Assembly (NCBI GenBank): GCA_029820565.1 | Contig: JALGUR010000009.1 | Span: forward strand, 1,787-65,786 | Direction of reading: 5' to 3' | Origin: Candidatus Zipacnadia bacterium | Lineage (GTDB): Bacteria; Armatimonadota; Zipacnadia; Zipacnadales; Zipacnadaceae | DNA: 64,000 nt | Shown: piece by piece, positions 1 through 9,858 of the stretch | Position numbering within the stretch: position 1 is the stretch's first letter | Layout: every line of letters starts with the position of its first letter | The notes under the pieces: model-generated | What the model was told of the DNA's origin: nothing | The model's database searches: none | The model's input: the letters and a program-made list of their open reading frames with translations, nothing else | Translations under genes and position numbers: made by a program

Positions 1-1
1 T

Positions 2-2458
2 CATGGAACCGCGCTGGGGGTCTGGTTTATCTGTATAGTCATGGGAGTGTTATTGGGTCCTTCTAATGCAGCAGGGGGGCCAGCACCGGCTGCCTTCGTG
101 CCCCCCGGACCAAATGTAGCCCTGGGTAAGCCTTATGTGCTGGACCCTCAGCCGAATTACAGTACTGAGCCTGGTGACAGAGAGCAGTTGACCGATGGGG
201 AATACGCCAGCCAGCCCGGCCGAAGTCTTTGGGGCCAGCCCGGCTGTGTCGGTTGGGTCTTAACCAGTCGCGTGACCATTACCATTGATCTGGGCGAGAT
301 CGTGCCTATTGCCGGCCTGTCCTTCAGCAGCGCGGCGGGCCCAACAGGTGTATCGTGGCCCTGGGTGATCGTGATATTGGTCAGTGATGAGGGCCAGGAC
401 TTTCACTATGTCGGCGAGCTTTGCTCGCTATCTGCCCAGGTCGAGGTGCCGGCGCCCGCGGATTATCAGGAGCACCGCTTCGCTACCGACCAGTTGCGCA
501 CCCACGGGCGCTTTCTGCGTTTGGGTATTGCGGCGGTCGGCCACTTCCTGGTTTGCGATGAAATCGAGGTCTATCGCGGTCCTGACGAAATGCTGGCGTT
601 GCCGCTGGACGGTCCCATGATCACTGACCTTAGCACTTTCATCTCCCAACACAGCGTTCGTCGGCGGATTGCGGTAGACATTGCCGACACGCGAGAGGCA
701 ATAGCCGGCGCCGCTATCGAACCTGAGGTCCGCCAACAGCTCAACGAGGAGACTGCGGCCATTGAAAAGGCCAATGCAGCCGCCCCCGCCGACCTTCCCG
801 CCGACTATCGTGCCATATATCCGCTCAACGACAATCACGCCCGGTTGTTTGCCGTGGTCGCCCGACTGCGCCGAGCAGAAGGCTTGCCCCCGTCGTTCCT
901 GTGGCATAACAACCGCTGGCAGCGGCTAAACTTATGGGACTTACCGTCTCGGCTACCCAAACAGAGTCCCACGCTATCGGTCCGGATGATGTGCAATGAG
1001 ACGCGGGCAGAGACGCTCAACATCGCCAACTTCACCGACGCTCCCCTGAATGCTCAGGTGAAGTTCGTGGGGCTGCCGGGAGGACAAGCGCCTGGATATA
1101 TAACCGTGCGCAAAGCCGAGTACGTCGCGATGCAGTCCGGTATCTGGGATGCCAATGCGCTGCCCGTCATCCCTCGGGAGCGGGGCGGCTGGCGGGTTAC
1201 CCTCCCGGCCGGTATCTCGCAGCAGCTTTGGTTGAGCTTTCATCCTCAGGACATGCCCGCCCCCGGCCGGTATCGGGGGCGAGTGGTAGTTGAGGTGGAG
1301 GGGACCGGGCAGAAGTTGGAGAGTCGGCTGAGACTGGTTGTCGAGCCGTTTCAGTTTCCCGACGAACCCACGCTCACGCTAGGGATGTGGGACGACACTG
1401 ACAGCGGTGGTCACCATGACTTAAACGAACGTAATCTCCCCGCGGCTCTGGCGCATATGCAATCGTACCACTACAACGCGCCCTGGGCATACCCTAGGGT
1501 ATTCCCCCATCCTCAGGCCAGTGATTTTGATGGCTTCGGCAATTTGATCAAGCCCCTAGATATGGCCCCTTTCGATGATTGGGTACGTATGTGGCCCGAG
1601 GCCCGCTACTACATGGTCTTTGCCGCCGTAGGCACGAGCTTTGCAGGAGCGACTCTGGGCACCCCTGAGTTCAACCAGCGGGTTGGTTCGGCCATGCGGG
1701 CCTGGGCCGACCATGCGCGGGAAATCGGTATAGACCCCAGCCAAATCGGCATCCTGTTGGTGGACGAGCCCAATAAGGCGGAACAGGACCGTCGCATTCT
1801 GGCCTGGGCGGAGGCCATTAAAGCGGGCGCTCCTGAACTGCTTATATTCGAGGACCCTATTCATGCAGCACCGCAGGACGCTGAAGTGCCGGAGATGTTC
1901 AAAATCTGCGATATTCTCTGCCCATCTATATACCACTACCGTCATGGCGGTGCAGCGGCCGCCGAGTTCTATGACAAACTGCGGCGGGGAGGCCGCGAAT
2001 TGTGGTTTTACGACTGTGGGGGCGGCCCGCCGGTTAAGGATGCCATCGCCTACTACCGGGCTCCGGAATGGGAGTGTTGGAAAGCTCAGGCTACGGGCAT
2101 TGGTTTTTGGGCCTATGGAGATGCGGGCGGAATAGCCAATTCCTGGAATCAATTGGGAGCCACGCGGATAATCTATTCGCCGGTGTACATTGATTCGGAC
2201 TCCGTCACTGATGGCAAACATTGGCTGGCGATAATTGAAGGCATCCAGGACCATGAGTATCTGAGGATGCTGAACGACCGGGTGGCGGAACTGAAAGCTG
2301 GCGGGAACAGTAGCGAGGCTCTTACTCAGGCAGAAGAACTACTCGTCACGCTCCCCGACCAGGTGATTGCCGCCGCCGAGGAGGGCGACCTTGCTGCCTG
2401 TGATAGGGGGCGAGGCCAAGTGCTGGATGCTCTGGTGGCCTTGACCCAGAATCAGTAG
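2..2458 (+). CDS. Discoidin (F5/8 type C)-like domain protein with large GH-like C-terminal region; probably 5'-truncated by the window edge
   Basis: 805-aa ORF from ATG 41. The frame stays open back to nt 2, and the upstream residues (..ALGVWFICIVMGVLLG) look like a signal-anchor helix, so the true start is probably outside the window. The N-terminal NVALGKPY..QLTDGE..VTITIDLG resembles a galactose-binding/discoidin fold. No catalytic motif can be named for the rest. Confidence 0.6.
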   Translation, partial: HGTALGVWFICIVMGVLLGPSNAAGGPAPAAFVPPGPNVALGKPYVLDPQPNYSTEPGDREQLTDGEYASQPGRSLWGQPGCVGWVLTSRVTITIDLGEIVPIAGLSFSSAAGPTGVSWPWVIVILVSDEGQDFHYVGELCSLSAQVEVPAPADYQEHRFATDQLRTHGRFLRLGIAAVGHFLVCDEIEVYRGPDEMLALPLDGPMITDLSTFISQHSVRRRIAVDIADTREAIAGAAIEPEVRQQLNEETAAIEKANAAAPADLPADYRAIYPLNDNHARLFAVVARLRRAEGLPPSFLWHNNRWQRLNLWDLPSRLPKQSPTLSVRMMCNETRAETLNIANFTDAPLNAQVKFVGLPGGQAPGYITVRKAEYVAMQSGIWDANALPVIPRERGGWRVTLPAGISQQLWLSFHPQDMPAPGRYRGRVVVEVEGTGQKLESRLRLVVEPFQFPDEPTLTLGMWDDTDSGGHHDLNERNLPAALAHMQSYHYNAPWAYPRVFPHPQASDFDGFGNLIKPLDMAPFDDWVRMWPEARYYMVFAAVGTSFAGATLGTPEFNQRVGSAMRAWADHAREIGIDPSQIGILLVDEPNKAEQDRRILAWAEAIKAGAPELLIFEDPIHAAPQDAEVPEMFKICDILCPSIYHYRHGGAAAAEFYDKLRRGGRELWFYDCGGGPPVKDAIAYYRAPEWECWKAQATGIGFWAYGDAGGIANSWNQLGATRIIYSPVYIDSDSVTDGKHWLAIIEGIQDHEYLRMLNDRVAELKAGGNSSEALTQAEELLVTLPDQVIAAAEEGDLAACDRGRGQVLDALVALTQNQ

Positions 2459-2490
2459 GCGGCGAATTCACCCCCACCGAGACGGCGACC

Positions 2491-2577
2491 GGCGTACTCG
2501 TACCGCTGCGAGGACAACGGGACGCACGTGGAAGTGGTGCGTTGGAACTTGCCGCCGGTGGCCCAAGGGCAAGGTTA
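2491..2577 (+). pseudogene. Relic of the C-terminus of a BNR sialidase-like paralog
   Basis: Translates AYSYRCEDNGTHVEVVRWNLP..*. This aligns 14/21 with the C-terminus SYSYRDAQDQTHAEVVRWRLP of the intact gene 2627..3835. A shared DNA block is tactcgtaccgc. There is no start codon and no upstream body. Confidence 0.55.
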
Positions 2578-2626
2578 GGCCGCTGTAACGCGCAGATATC
2601 TTAGTGCAAGAGCGGGAGATGCAACA

Positions 2627-3835
2627 ATGAACATGCACAGCGTATTTCTGATGACAACTGCGTTGGTGACAGTCATTCTGCTGACCGGCGTGTGCGGAGC
2701 CGAAGGGGAAGACAACGCTGACAATTTTATTCAGGTCATTAACCCTGTAACGATAGGCGCGGACCGGCTGCCTGCCCAGCGTATCCCAGTGGGCCTGCCG
2801 GGTGACTACAAGCCCTGCATTGCCAGATTGCCCAGCGGGGAGTTGCTTCTGGTCATGTTCTATCCTCACCACCTGGAGGACGGTCGGTATCAGGAGGATA
2901 TCATCCTCTACCGCTCCGACGACGGAGGCGTAACCTGGCCTGAGCGTCAGGTCCTTGACTTGCTGGGCCGCGAGCCGTACCTGACCGTGCTCAAGGACGC
3001 CACTGTCTTTATTACGGTACACTTCCTCATCCAGGACTGGCGCAACAAGGACGGCTACGTGCACAGCTACGTGCACCGGTCCACGGACGGCGGGCATACC
3101 TGGACCACCACACCCATCGTCGCCGAGGACCTGCCGGATGCTCCGCCAAAGACGTCAGTGGTAACCAGCCGGAAGCTGCTGGAACGCGACGATGGGGTCC
3201 TGCTCTTGGGTGTCTCTGCCAAGGTCGGCCACTATGTGTGGCAATCAACCGACAAAGGCGAGACCTGGGACAAGTCACGCCGCGTGGCGCATCCGACTGA
3301 CGAGGATAGAGAGCAGTTCGCCGGGTTCAACGAGGGGGTGCTCTGGCAGACTCAGTCGGGCCAGGTGTTTCTGGTCAAGCGCGTCGGCAGCAGCAATTAT
3401 CCGCCACTGGACGAACGGCCCATTCCCACCGGAAGTGACCAAGTGCATCGGATGCTGTTGTTCGAATCCACTGACGGTGGATACACCTGGGGTAACGCAA
3501 GCAACTTCTCTGACTATGGGGAGATGTATCCGTCAATCCTCCGCCTTCAGGACGGTCGCCTCCTGTTCACCTTCACCGTACGGGCCTTGAAAGTGCCCCT
3601 GGGCGTGCAGGCGGCGTTAGGCTACGAGGATGAGGCGGGCTTGCACTTTGATTTCGGGCACGACCGGCTAATCCTGGACCCCAAGACGGCGGAAGATATG
3701 CCCAGTGGAGGCGGGTTCGGCCCCACTGTGCAACTGGAGGATGGGACCCTGGTCACCTCGTACTCGTACCGCGACGCCCAGGACCAGACCCACGCCGAGG
3801 TAGTGCGCTGGCGCTTGCCGAGCAGCAGCGATTAG
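2627..3835 (+). CDS. Secreted BNR/Asp-box repeat glycosidase (sialidase-like beta-propeller)
   Basis: N-terminal signal peptide (MNMHSVFLMTTALVTVILLTGVCGAEG). Four Asp-box motifs: SDDGGVTW, STDGGHTW, STDKGETW, STDGGYTW. GGGAGA lies upstream of the ATG. Confidence 0.85.
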   Translation: MNMHSVFLMTTALVTVILLTGVCGAEGEDNADNFIQVINPVTIGADRLPAQRIPVGLPGDYKPCIARLPSGELLLVMFYPHHLEDGRYQEDIILYRSDDGGVTWPERQVLDLLGREPYLTVLKDATVFITVHFLIQDWRNKDGYVHSYVHRSTDGGHTWTTTPIVAEDLPDAPPKTSVVTSRKLLERDDGVLLLGVSAKVGHYVWQSTDKGETWDKSRRVAHPTDEDREQFAGFNEGVLWQTQSGQVFLVKRVGSSNYPPLDERPIPTGSDQVHRMLLFESTDGGYTWGNASNFSDYGEMYPSILRLQDGRLLFTFTVRALKVPLGVQAALGYEDEAGLHFDFGHDRLILDPKTAEDMPSGGGFGPTVQLEDGTLVTSYSYRDAQDQTHAEVVRWRLPSSSD

Positions 3836-5826
3836 CATCCTATGCGATATGGCACCGAAGTGAAGAAGCCCACAATTATCCAAATAACACCGTTAAGCGT
3901 ATCCCCGATGATTAGGCCCAGAAAGAAAGGACGTAGCACCTCATAGGTCTTATGCCCGCCCCAGCGCACCACGGCGCTCTTTATCAACCAGGCCGAGAAT
4001 ATAGACAGGGATAACGCACAGATGAGCCAGTCGTCGGCAATCAGGAAACCAATAGGGTGGAGATTGAACCAGGTCAAATGGGTCCGCAGCCACACCAGGC
4101 CGACCATCAATAACGAGCCGCCGACAAAGTGAGATATAAGTATCGGGTCAATCTTCAGGGGATTCATCGTGGTGGCGCTAACCCAGGAATGAATAAGGTT
4201 CATATGTCTGGTCATAGGATAGTAGGACGCGAATCCCAGGGCTCCGCCCCGGGTGTAGTGCATCCACAGGGTAGCGACCACCGATATGGGAAAACCCAGC
4301 GCAATAGCACCAACACAAGCCTTCAGCAGCGAGCCGCGATGTAGACCAGTGGCATCGGAAATCTTGTAACCATTGAGCAAACTGGGCAGGAGGCACTCGG
4401 ACATCTCGAAGTGAAACGCGTAGTCACTCCATCTGGTAATTAGTAGGGATTGACGACTCCATATACTACTACCAGTCAGAGTGGCAATTACTTGGGTGAT
4501 GTAATAGGGGGGCAACACAAAGATAAACCCGGCTTGATTAACCATCCAGGACAATGCCACCAAGGTGGCTACGAACATAACCACAACTAATAGCCCCATG
4601 ACCAGGCTCCCGCCAAAGTGCGCCAGCCATCCGATCATTAGGGCAGTCCCAATTAGGAATAACACGACCATCGCTCGATAAGTCAGTGGCTCATCGGCAT
4701 CGTCAATTGAGCGGTCGCCGGTCAAAGCCTTGCGGAAGACATTGCCAAAGTGACCTCGCCCCAGCCAGACAAACAGGCTCACCAGGGTAACAGTAGCGCC
4801 GGCTTCTTCCAGTTGAGCGCCCACCCAGTTGGCCCCATACCGTAGACCGAACATGCCCAGAACCATCAGCCGCAACTTATGAAGCAGGAAGAAAAACCAA
4901 AGGCTGAAGGAGACCTCCGAGGGAATAAGATAGGCAAAGCCGACCATAGTCGGCCACAGACGCGCGCGCCACACGCCGGTGTAGGACAAGGGTGGCTCGG
5001 TAAACCTATAATCACTCCATCTCAAGGGAATCTCGGGGATGGCCGGATATAGAGCATGTAACCCGCCCAGAATATGGACTATACTCAGTATGATCACTGC
5101 CGCCCATACCAGCCTGTTACGCAAGAAACCATTAATTAGCTGACCGGGCGAGGGTGAGGCGGCAATTTGCACCGGGACCTGTACTACAGGAAATGTAAAT
5201 CTTTCCTGCTCCACCCAGCGGCGACGCAGCATCCCAGCCAGCCCAATCATCATCACCTGCATACCAGCGATATAGATAGCCCAAATGGCTACTGGTCGCA
5301 GCCACGGTTGAAAGGGAACAGCGCTTCCCAGCGGCAAACCTTCATAGAACCCTTCAATTGCCGCCGGGTCGCTTACTAATAAAGATTGAGTGCGGGGATC
5401 GGCTAATAACTCTCCCCAGTTATTCTCTGGCGAAGCGAAATAGGGGCCGTGCACCATGCTGGGGATATTCCAGCCTACTGGAGCGTTTCCCACGCTGGAA
5501 CTGGCGACAACTACGATCCACATTGCCGCCAATTGGGCAGGGGACAGTGTCCAGTGCGGGGCGAACTTGCGTAGAACCACATTTACTCCTAAAGTCATTA
5601 TCAGCAGTACACCAAAGGCGCCGACGGGGAAGAAAGTCTTACCAAGGGGGATGCTGAGGTTAGGGTTGCCCGCCATCAGGAAGGAATTAAAGGGAGTTGC
5701 GGCTAATACCGCAGCGCTGATCGCAAGGACGGCTACTAAGACTATCTTACCGATCCTTTCCCGTCTCTCACGGGGCAGGTTAGGGGCAGGAGTATGTTGT
5801 CTGGCTTGCATTAGGCTATGTCCCAA
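3832..5826 (-). CDS. Large polytopic integral membrane protein, function unknown
   Basis: 664-aa ORF with more than 12 hydrophobic helices throughout. It converges on the sialidase-like gene with a 4-nt overlap. The start could also be the internal MQARQ. Confidence 0.75.
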   Translation of the reverse strand: MGHSLMQARQHTPAPNLPRERRERIGKIVLVAVLAISAAVLAATPFNSFLMAGNPNLSIPLGKTFFPVGAFGVLLIMTLGVNVVLRKFAPHWTLSPAQLAAMWIVVVASSSVGNAPVGWNIPSMVHGPYFASPENNWGELLADPRTQSLLVSDPAAIEGFYEGLPLGSAVPFQPWLRPVAIWAIYIAGMQVMMIGLAGMLRRRWVEQERFTFPVVQVPVQIAASPSPGQLINGFLRNRLVWAAVIILSIVHILGGLHALYPAIPEIPLRWSDYRFTEPPLSYTGVWRARLWPTMVGFAYLIPSEVSFSLWFFFLLHKLRLMVLGMFGLRYGANWVGAQLEEAGATVTLVSLFVWLGRGHFGNVFRKALTGDRSIDDADEPLTYRAMVVLFLIGTALMIGWLAHFGGSLVMGLLVVVMFVATLVALSWMVNQAGFIFVLPPYYITQVIATLTGSSIWSRQSLLITRWSDYAFHFEMSECLLPSLLNGYKISDATGLHRGSLLKACVGAIALGFPISVVATLWMHYTRGGALGFASYYPMTRHMNLIHSWVSATTMNPLKIDPILISHFVGGSLLMVGLVWLRTHLTWFNLHPIGFLIADDWLICALSLSIFSAWLIKSAVVRWGGHKTYEVLRPFFLGLIIGDTLNGVIWIIVGFFTSVPYRIGC

Positions 5827-5979
5827 ATGCTATTTCGACTGAAGACTGCGATGTGTGCTCTTAACTCATGATACACTTATTCATCGTGGCCTCGATTCCT
5901 TCCGCATAGGTTGTGTATTGCTGTTTGGGTACAGAAGTGTTGGCTATGTCGGGTAATCACACAGGAATTCGGCCGATAG

Positions 5980-6180
5980 CGGAGAAACCGTCTCAGTGAT
6001 TGTGGAGGCTGCGGAGGCAGCGACGCAGTTGCCAAGGCAAAAGAATTGCTCGCCACGCTTCCCGACCAGGTGCTTGCCGCCTACGAAGCCGGGGACACTA
6101 CCGCTTGTGAGCGGGGGCGAGCCCAAGTGCTGGATGCTCTGCTGGCCTTACCGGAGCAGACCGCGGGTGGCACTGAGTAA
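5980..6180 (+). pseudogene. Relic of the C-terminus of a paralog of the 2..2458 gene
   Basis: Frame open from 5980 with no start codon. It ends AKELLATLPDQVLAAYEAGDTTACERGRAQVLDALLALPEQTAGGTE*. This parallels the ORF1 C-terminus EELLVTLPDQVIAAAEEGDLAACDRGRGQVLDALVALTQNQ*. Long identical DNA blocks are present (cccgaccaggtg; ccaagtgctggatgctct). Confidence 0.7.
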
Positions 6181-6619
6181 TGAGGTGGTGGGGTAGCCGG
6201 GCCAGACGTCGGTGATTGTTGAAAAACAAAGAGCCCACACCTTGATTGACCTGAACTTCCCTACTGCCAATGGCACCAACGTCAGCCAGACCGGCAAGGC
6301 CAGTTTCGAATTGGAAACGGTGGCCGCGCTGCCCGACTTTGAACCCAACTGGCCCGAGAATGCGATCAGCTTCGGCAAGGACTACATGTTGTAGGCAGTG
6401 GAGGCTTTGGTGTGGTTGGCTAGGAATCGGGTTTAAGAGACCTGGGGCTATAGCAACGGCAACAACTGGATGATGCCGCCGCTGGCGGGGGAAGCCCAAT
6501 ATTGAGCAGGAACAAGCCGCGGCACGTCCTTAAATAGTAGCCAGTACCTGAAGGGCGAACTCTGCCCAGACTGGAGGGTTCGCCCTCTTCAATGGTCGGG
6601 TTGTTTTCGCCGCGGGTAC

Positions 6620-7321
6620 TTAAGGCAGGAGGCGTTCGGTCTTCAGGCGGGGCCAGAATTTGCCAATCTGGAAGCCCTCCGCGTACTGTACGCCGCATTG
6701 CAGGCCGCGGGTGCGCGCTACGGCGTCAATGAAGTCGGCGATGTCAATATTATCGTGGTCCTTCATCCACTTAACCTGGCTGTCGTGACACAGCAGGGCT
6801 TTCTTCTTCAATTCAAAGGTGTCAGTAATGTCCACGTACAGTTCGGGGGTGAAGTTGGTGGCCGCTATCGCGTCCATATACAGCAGGGCCGCGATGTGGT
6901 CCTGGTGGGGGTGCTCGGTATGGATGTGGGGCAGAGTGGAGAGGAAACTGGCGGCGAACACCAGGTCGGCACAGGCCTTGTGATCCGGATGATAGTCGTC
7001 CGGCGAGTGGGTGATGATGACATCGGGATTGGCCCAGCGGATGGCGTCAATCATCATTAGCCGAGTGCGTTTGTCGTGAAACAGCCACTCATCAGGCTCG
7101 CCTAACATCTTAATCTGCGCGCCCTCAAGCGCGGCGGCGGCGGCCGCCTCTTTAGCACGGATCTCGGCCAATTCCTCCGGCGGAATGATGACGTGGCCCA
7201 TATCCCCGTTAGTACACACCACGTTGAAGACTTCGTCACCCCGCTGGGCATACTTGGCCAGGGTTCCAGCACACAAAAACTCAATATCGTCAGGATGAGC
7301 ACCTACTGCTAACACTCGCAT
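6620..7321 (-). CDS. PIG-L/LmbE family N-acetylglucosaminyl deacetylase
   Basis: N-terminus MRVLAVGAHPDDIEF carries the AHPDD zinc motif, plus the downstream HPDH. AAGGAG lies 8 nt upstream of ATG 7321. Confidence 0.85.
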   Translation of the reverse strand: MRVLAVGAHPDDIEFLCAGTLAKYAQRGDEVFNVVCTNGDMGHVIIPPEELAEIRAKEAAAAAALEGAQIKMLGEPDEWLFHDKRTRLMMIDAIRWANPDVIITHSPDDYHPDHKACADLVFAASFLSTLPHIHTEHPHQDHIAALLYMDAIAATNFTPELYVDITDTFELKKKALLCHDSQVKWMKDHDNIDIADFIDAVARTRGLQCGVQYAEGFQIGKFWPRLKTERLLP

Positions 7322-7344
7322 CACTATCGCTCCTTTCGTGGAAG

Positions 7345-7378
7345 TCTGTCCAGGACAGGCGGGACGCCTGTCCTACCG
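7345..7378 (-). repeat. REP-like element (GTAG + hairpin)
   Basis: Minus strand reads cGGTAGGACAGGCG-TCC-CGCCTGTCC immediately after the glyA stop. It has a 9-bp perfect stem and the same GTAGG 5' flank as the other copies listed. Confidence 0.7.
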
Positions 7379-8632
7379 TTACAGGTCTTCATAGATAGGA
7401 AAAGCCGCGCATAACTCGACAACTTGCTGGCGAATCTCATCAAGTACGTCAGCGGCCTCGCGGCCCTCGTGGATGGCGCGGGCCATCCACTGGCCTACCA
7501 TCTTCATCTCGTTCTCTTTCATTCCCCGGCTGGTCAGCCCCGGGGTGCCGGGGCGAATACCACTGGCTTCGGTGGAAGGCAGCGGGTCACCGGGAATTAG
7601 ATTCTTATTCACTACCATTCCGGCGGCCTCCAACAGGTCGGCGGCTTCGCGGCCTGTGACGTCTTTATTGCGCAGATCCACCAGCAGCAGATGATTGTCA
7701 CTGCCGCCAGTGACCAGAGTGAAGCCCTCCTCCAGCAGCGCCTGGCCCAGGGCCTGGGAATTGCGGATAATTTGCCGCTGGTATTCCCGGAAGCCAAACT
7801 CCTGAGCCTCTTTGAAGCAGAGGGCCTTGGCGGCGATTATCTGCATTAGCGGTCCCGCCTGGATACCAGGAAATACGGCCCGGTCAATGCGGTCGGCCCA
7901 GTCGGCCCGGCATAGAATCATCGCCCCCCGCGGACCCCGTAGGGTCTTATGGGTCGTTGAAGTTACCACTTCGCAATACGGCACAGGGTCAGGATGAGCC
8001 TCGGCCGCCACCAGCCCGCAGATATGGGCGATATCAGCCATTAAATAGGCTCCAACTTCATCGGCTATCTCCCGGAACTTCTGAAAATCTATAATACGGG
8101 GATAAGCGCTGCCGCCGGCGATAATGAGTTTAGGCCGGACTTCCTTAGCGTCCTGAAGAATCATATCGTAGTTAAGCCGGTCAGTCTCGGGGTCCAGGCC
8201 GTAGAAATGACCCTCATAAAACTGGCCACTGAAGTTTATGGGGTCGCCATGAGTCAGGTGACCGCCCTGGGCCACGCTCATGGCCAGGATCCTATCCCCC
8301 GGCTCCAGCATTGCGTAGTAAGCGGCCATATTGGCCTGGGAGCCGGTATGTAGTTGAACATTGGTGTGGTCAGCGTGGAATAGTTCGCAGGCGCGGTCAA
8401 TGGCCAGTTGCTCTAACTGGTCATAGTACTCACAGCCATTGTAATAACGCCGATATGGATAGCCCTCAGCATATTTGTTGGTGAATACCGATCCCATCGC
8501 CGCCATCACGGCGCGTGAAGCATAGTTCTCTGAGGGTATGAGCATCAGGGTATCTTTCTGGCGTTCCAGTTCCCCGGCCATAATGCGGGCTATTTGCGGG
8601 TCGGCTTGAGCAAGAGTACGGTTCATCATTGG
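7379..8632 (-). CDS. glyA: Serine hydroxymethyltransferase
   Basis: Full-length SHMT-like sequence (..TNKYAEGYPYRRYYNGCEY.., TTHKTLRGPRG PLP-lysine motif). Start chosen at ATG 8632 (MMNRTL) downstream of GGTGA; the ORF is open from GTG 8644. Confidence 0.95.
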   Translation of the reverse strand, partial: PMMNRTLAQADPQIARIMAGELERQKDTLMLIPSENYASRAVMAAMGSVFTNKYAEGYPYRRYYNGCEYYDQLEQLAIDRACELFHADHTNVQLHTGSQANMAAYYAMLEPGDRILAMSVAQGGHLTHGDPINFSGQFYEGHFYGLDPETDRLNYDMILQDAKEVRPKLIIAGGSAYPRIIDFQKFREIADEVGAYLMADIAHICGLVAAEAHPDPVPYCEVVTSTTHKTLRGPRGAMILCRADWADRIDRAVFPGIQAGPLMQIIAAKALCFKEAQEFGFREYQRQIIRNSQALGQALLEEGFTLVTGGSDNHLLLVDLRNKDVTGREAADLLEAAGMVVNKNLIPGDPLPSTEASGIRPGTPGLTSRGMKENEMKMVGQWMARAIHEGREAADVLDEIRQQVVELCAAFPIYEDL

Positions 8633-8685
8633 ACAGATCACCACTTAGCTTTCAGGGTGTACTGCACAGCAACAATACTGCTTGG

Positions 8686-9783
8686 CTAGGCGAAGGTACA
8701 CACCTCGTCTATGAGGGCCATATAGTATTTGAAATTCTCAAAGGGTACATCGGGTGGCACGGCGTGGTCCACCATGGGCGAGAAGCCGCCCTGTTTGACC
8801 AGTTGGGGCACTTTAGACATAACTTCTTGCTCTATATCCTGCTTGGTGCAGCCGTCCCGAAGCACGCGCTTGTCAATACCGCCCAGCAGTCGCAGTTCCT
8901 GACCGAACTGCTCGCGGTAGGCCACCGGATCGCAGCTAGCCGCCACCTCCAAGGGAAAGATTAAGTTGACGTCAGCCTCCAACCACAGCGGAATGAGTTC
9001 GTCCACATTCCCATCCGAGTCGAGCATGATGATCTGGATGCCGTAGTCGTTCAGCACTTTGGTCACGCGCTTCAACGGCGCCATCATAAACTCACGAAAC
9101 AGTTTCGGCGAGATGAGCGAGCCGGTCTTCATCGCCATATCTTCCCATATCAGCGCGTGATCAATGTCGGGGATTTCGCTGAGAGCACGGTCCATCAGCC
9201 GCAGCACAAAGTCAGTTACATACTCGGTCATCTCGTGGACCAAGTCGGGACAGTCGTAGTACCACAGGGCCAGGTGCTCCATCCCTATCCAGTTGCGAAT
9301 CCACCCATAGAAGGACCCGGCCATAATGCCCAGCGAGTAGTCGCGATTCCGGTAGCAGCGCTTCAGGTCCTCCCAATATTCGGAGTACCGGTTAGGCGCG
9401 TCGGGATTCAACCGCTTCTTAAGGCTCTCCCAACTGTCCCGGTCGCGCACCGGGTAAACCAGCCACTGGGGCATCCCGAACTCGCGATCAGTCCAGTGTC
9501 TGGATACGGCGCCTAATTCGTCCTCCACAGTCTGCCATTCCGCCGTCTGCTCAACTACTTTGGTCTCCGGCGGTGGCAACAGCCCAGTTTGCAGGGGAAT
9601 GTACTCTATCCGGTCAAAGCCAAAGTAGGTGGTGAAATGCTGGTCCCAGGGCATCCCTTCCCGCAGCCAGCGCTCGCGTGTGTCGGCAAACGTCCACTGC
9701 GACATCAGAAATACCCGGTCGGGCTGGCCATACTGGAAGGTAGCGTGAAACCGTTCCCGCGCATTCATTGCTTCTGAGGCCAT
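8686..9783 (-). CDS. Uroporphyrinogen decarboxylase (URO-D) family protein
   Basis: N-terminal MNARERF..GQPDRV pattern and overall length fit URO-D/MtaA-like TIM barrels. Start chosen at ATG 9783 after AAGGAG; the ORF is open from TTG 9813. Confidence 0.65.
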   Translation of the reverse strand: MASEAMNARERFHATFQYGQPDRVFLMSQWTFADTRERWLREGMPWDQHFTTYFGFDRIEYIPLQTGLLPPPETKVVEQTAEWQTVEDELGAVSRHWTDREFGMPQWLVYPVRDRDSWESLKKRLNPDAPNRYSEYWEDLKRCYRNRDYSLGIMAGSFYGWIRNWIGMEHLALWYYDCPDLVHEMTEYVTDFVLRLMDRALSEIPDIDHALIWEDMAMKTGSLISPKLFREFMMAPLKRVTKVLNDYGIQIIMLDSDGNVDELIPLWLEADVNLIFPLEVAASCDPVAYREQFGQELRLLGGIDKRVLRDGCTKQDIEQEVMSKVPQLVKQGGFSPMVDHAVPPDVPFENFKYYMALIDEVCTFA

Positions 9784-9858
9784 TTGGACAAAATCTCCTT
9801 GTGGCAGTGACAAGCCAATGTTACTAACCTTTCGCCCCCGGCCGTCTTTTACCTTCTT

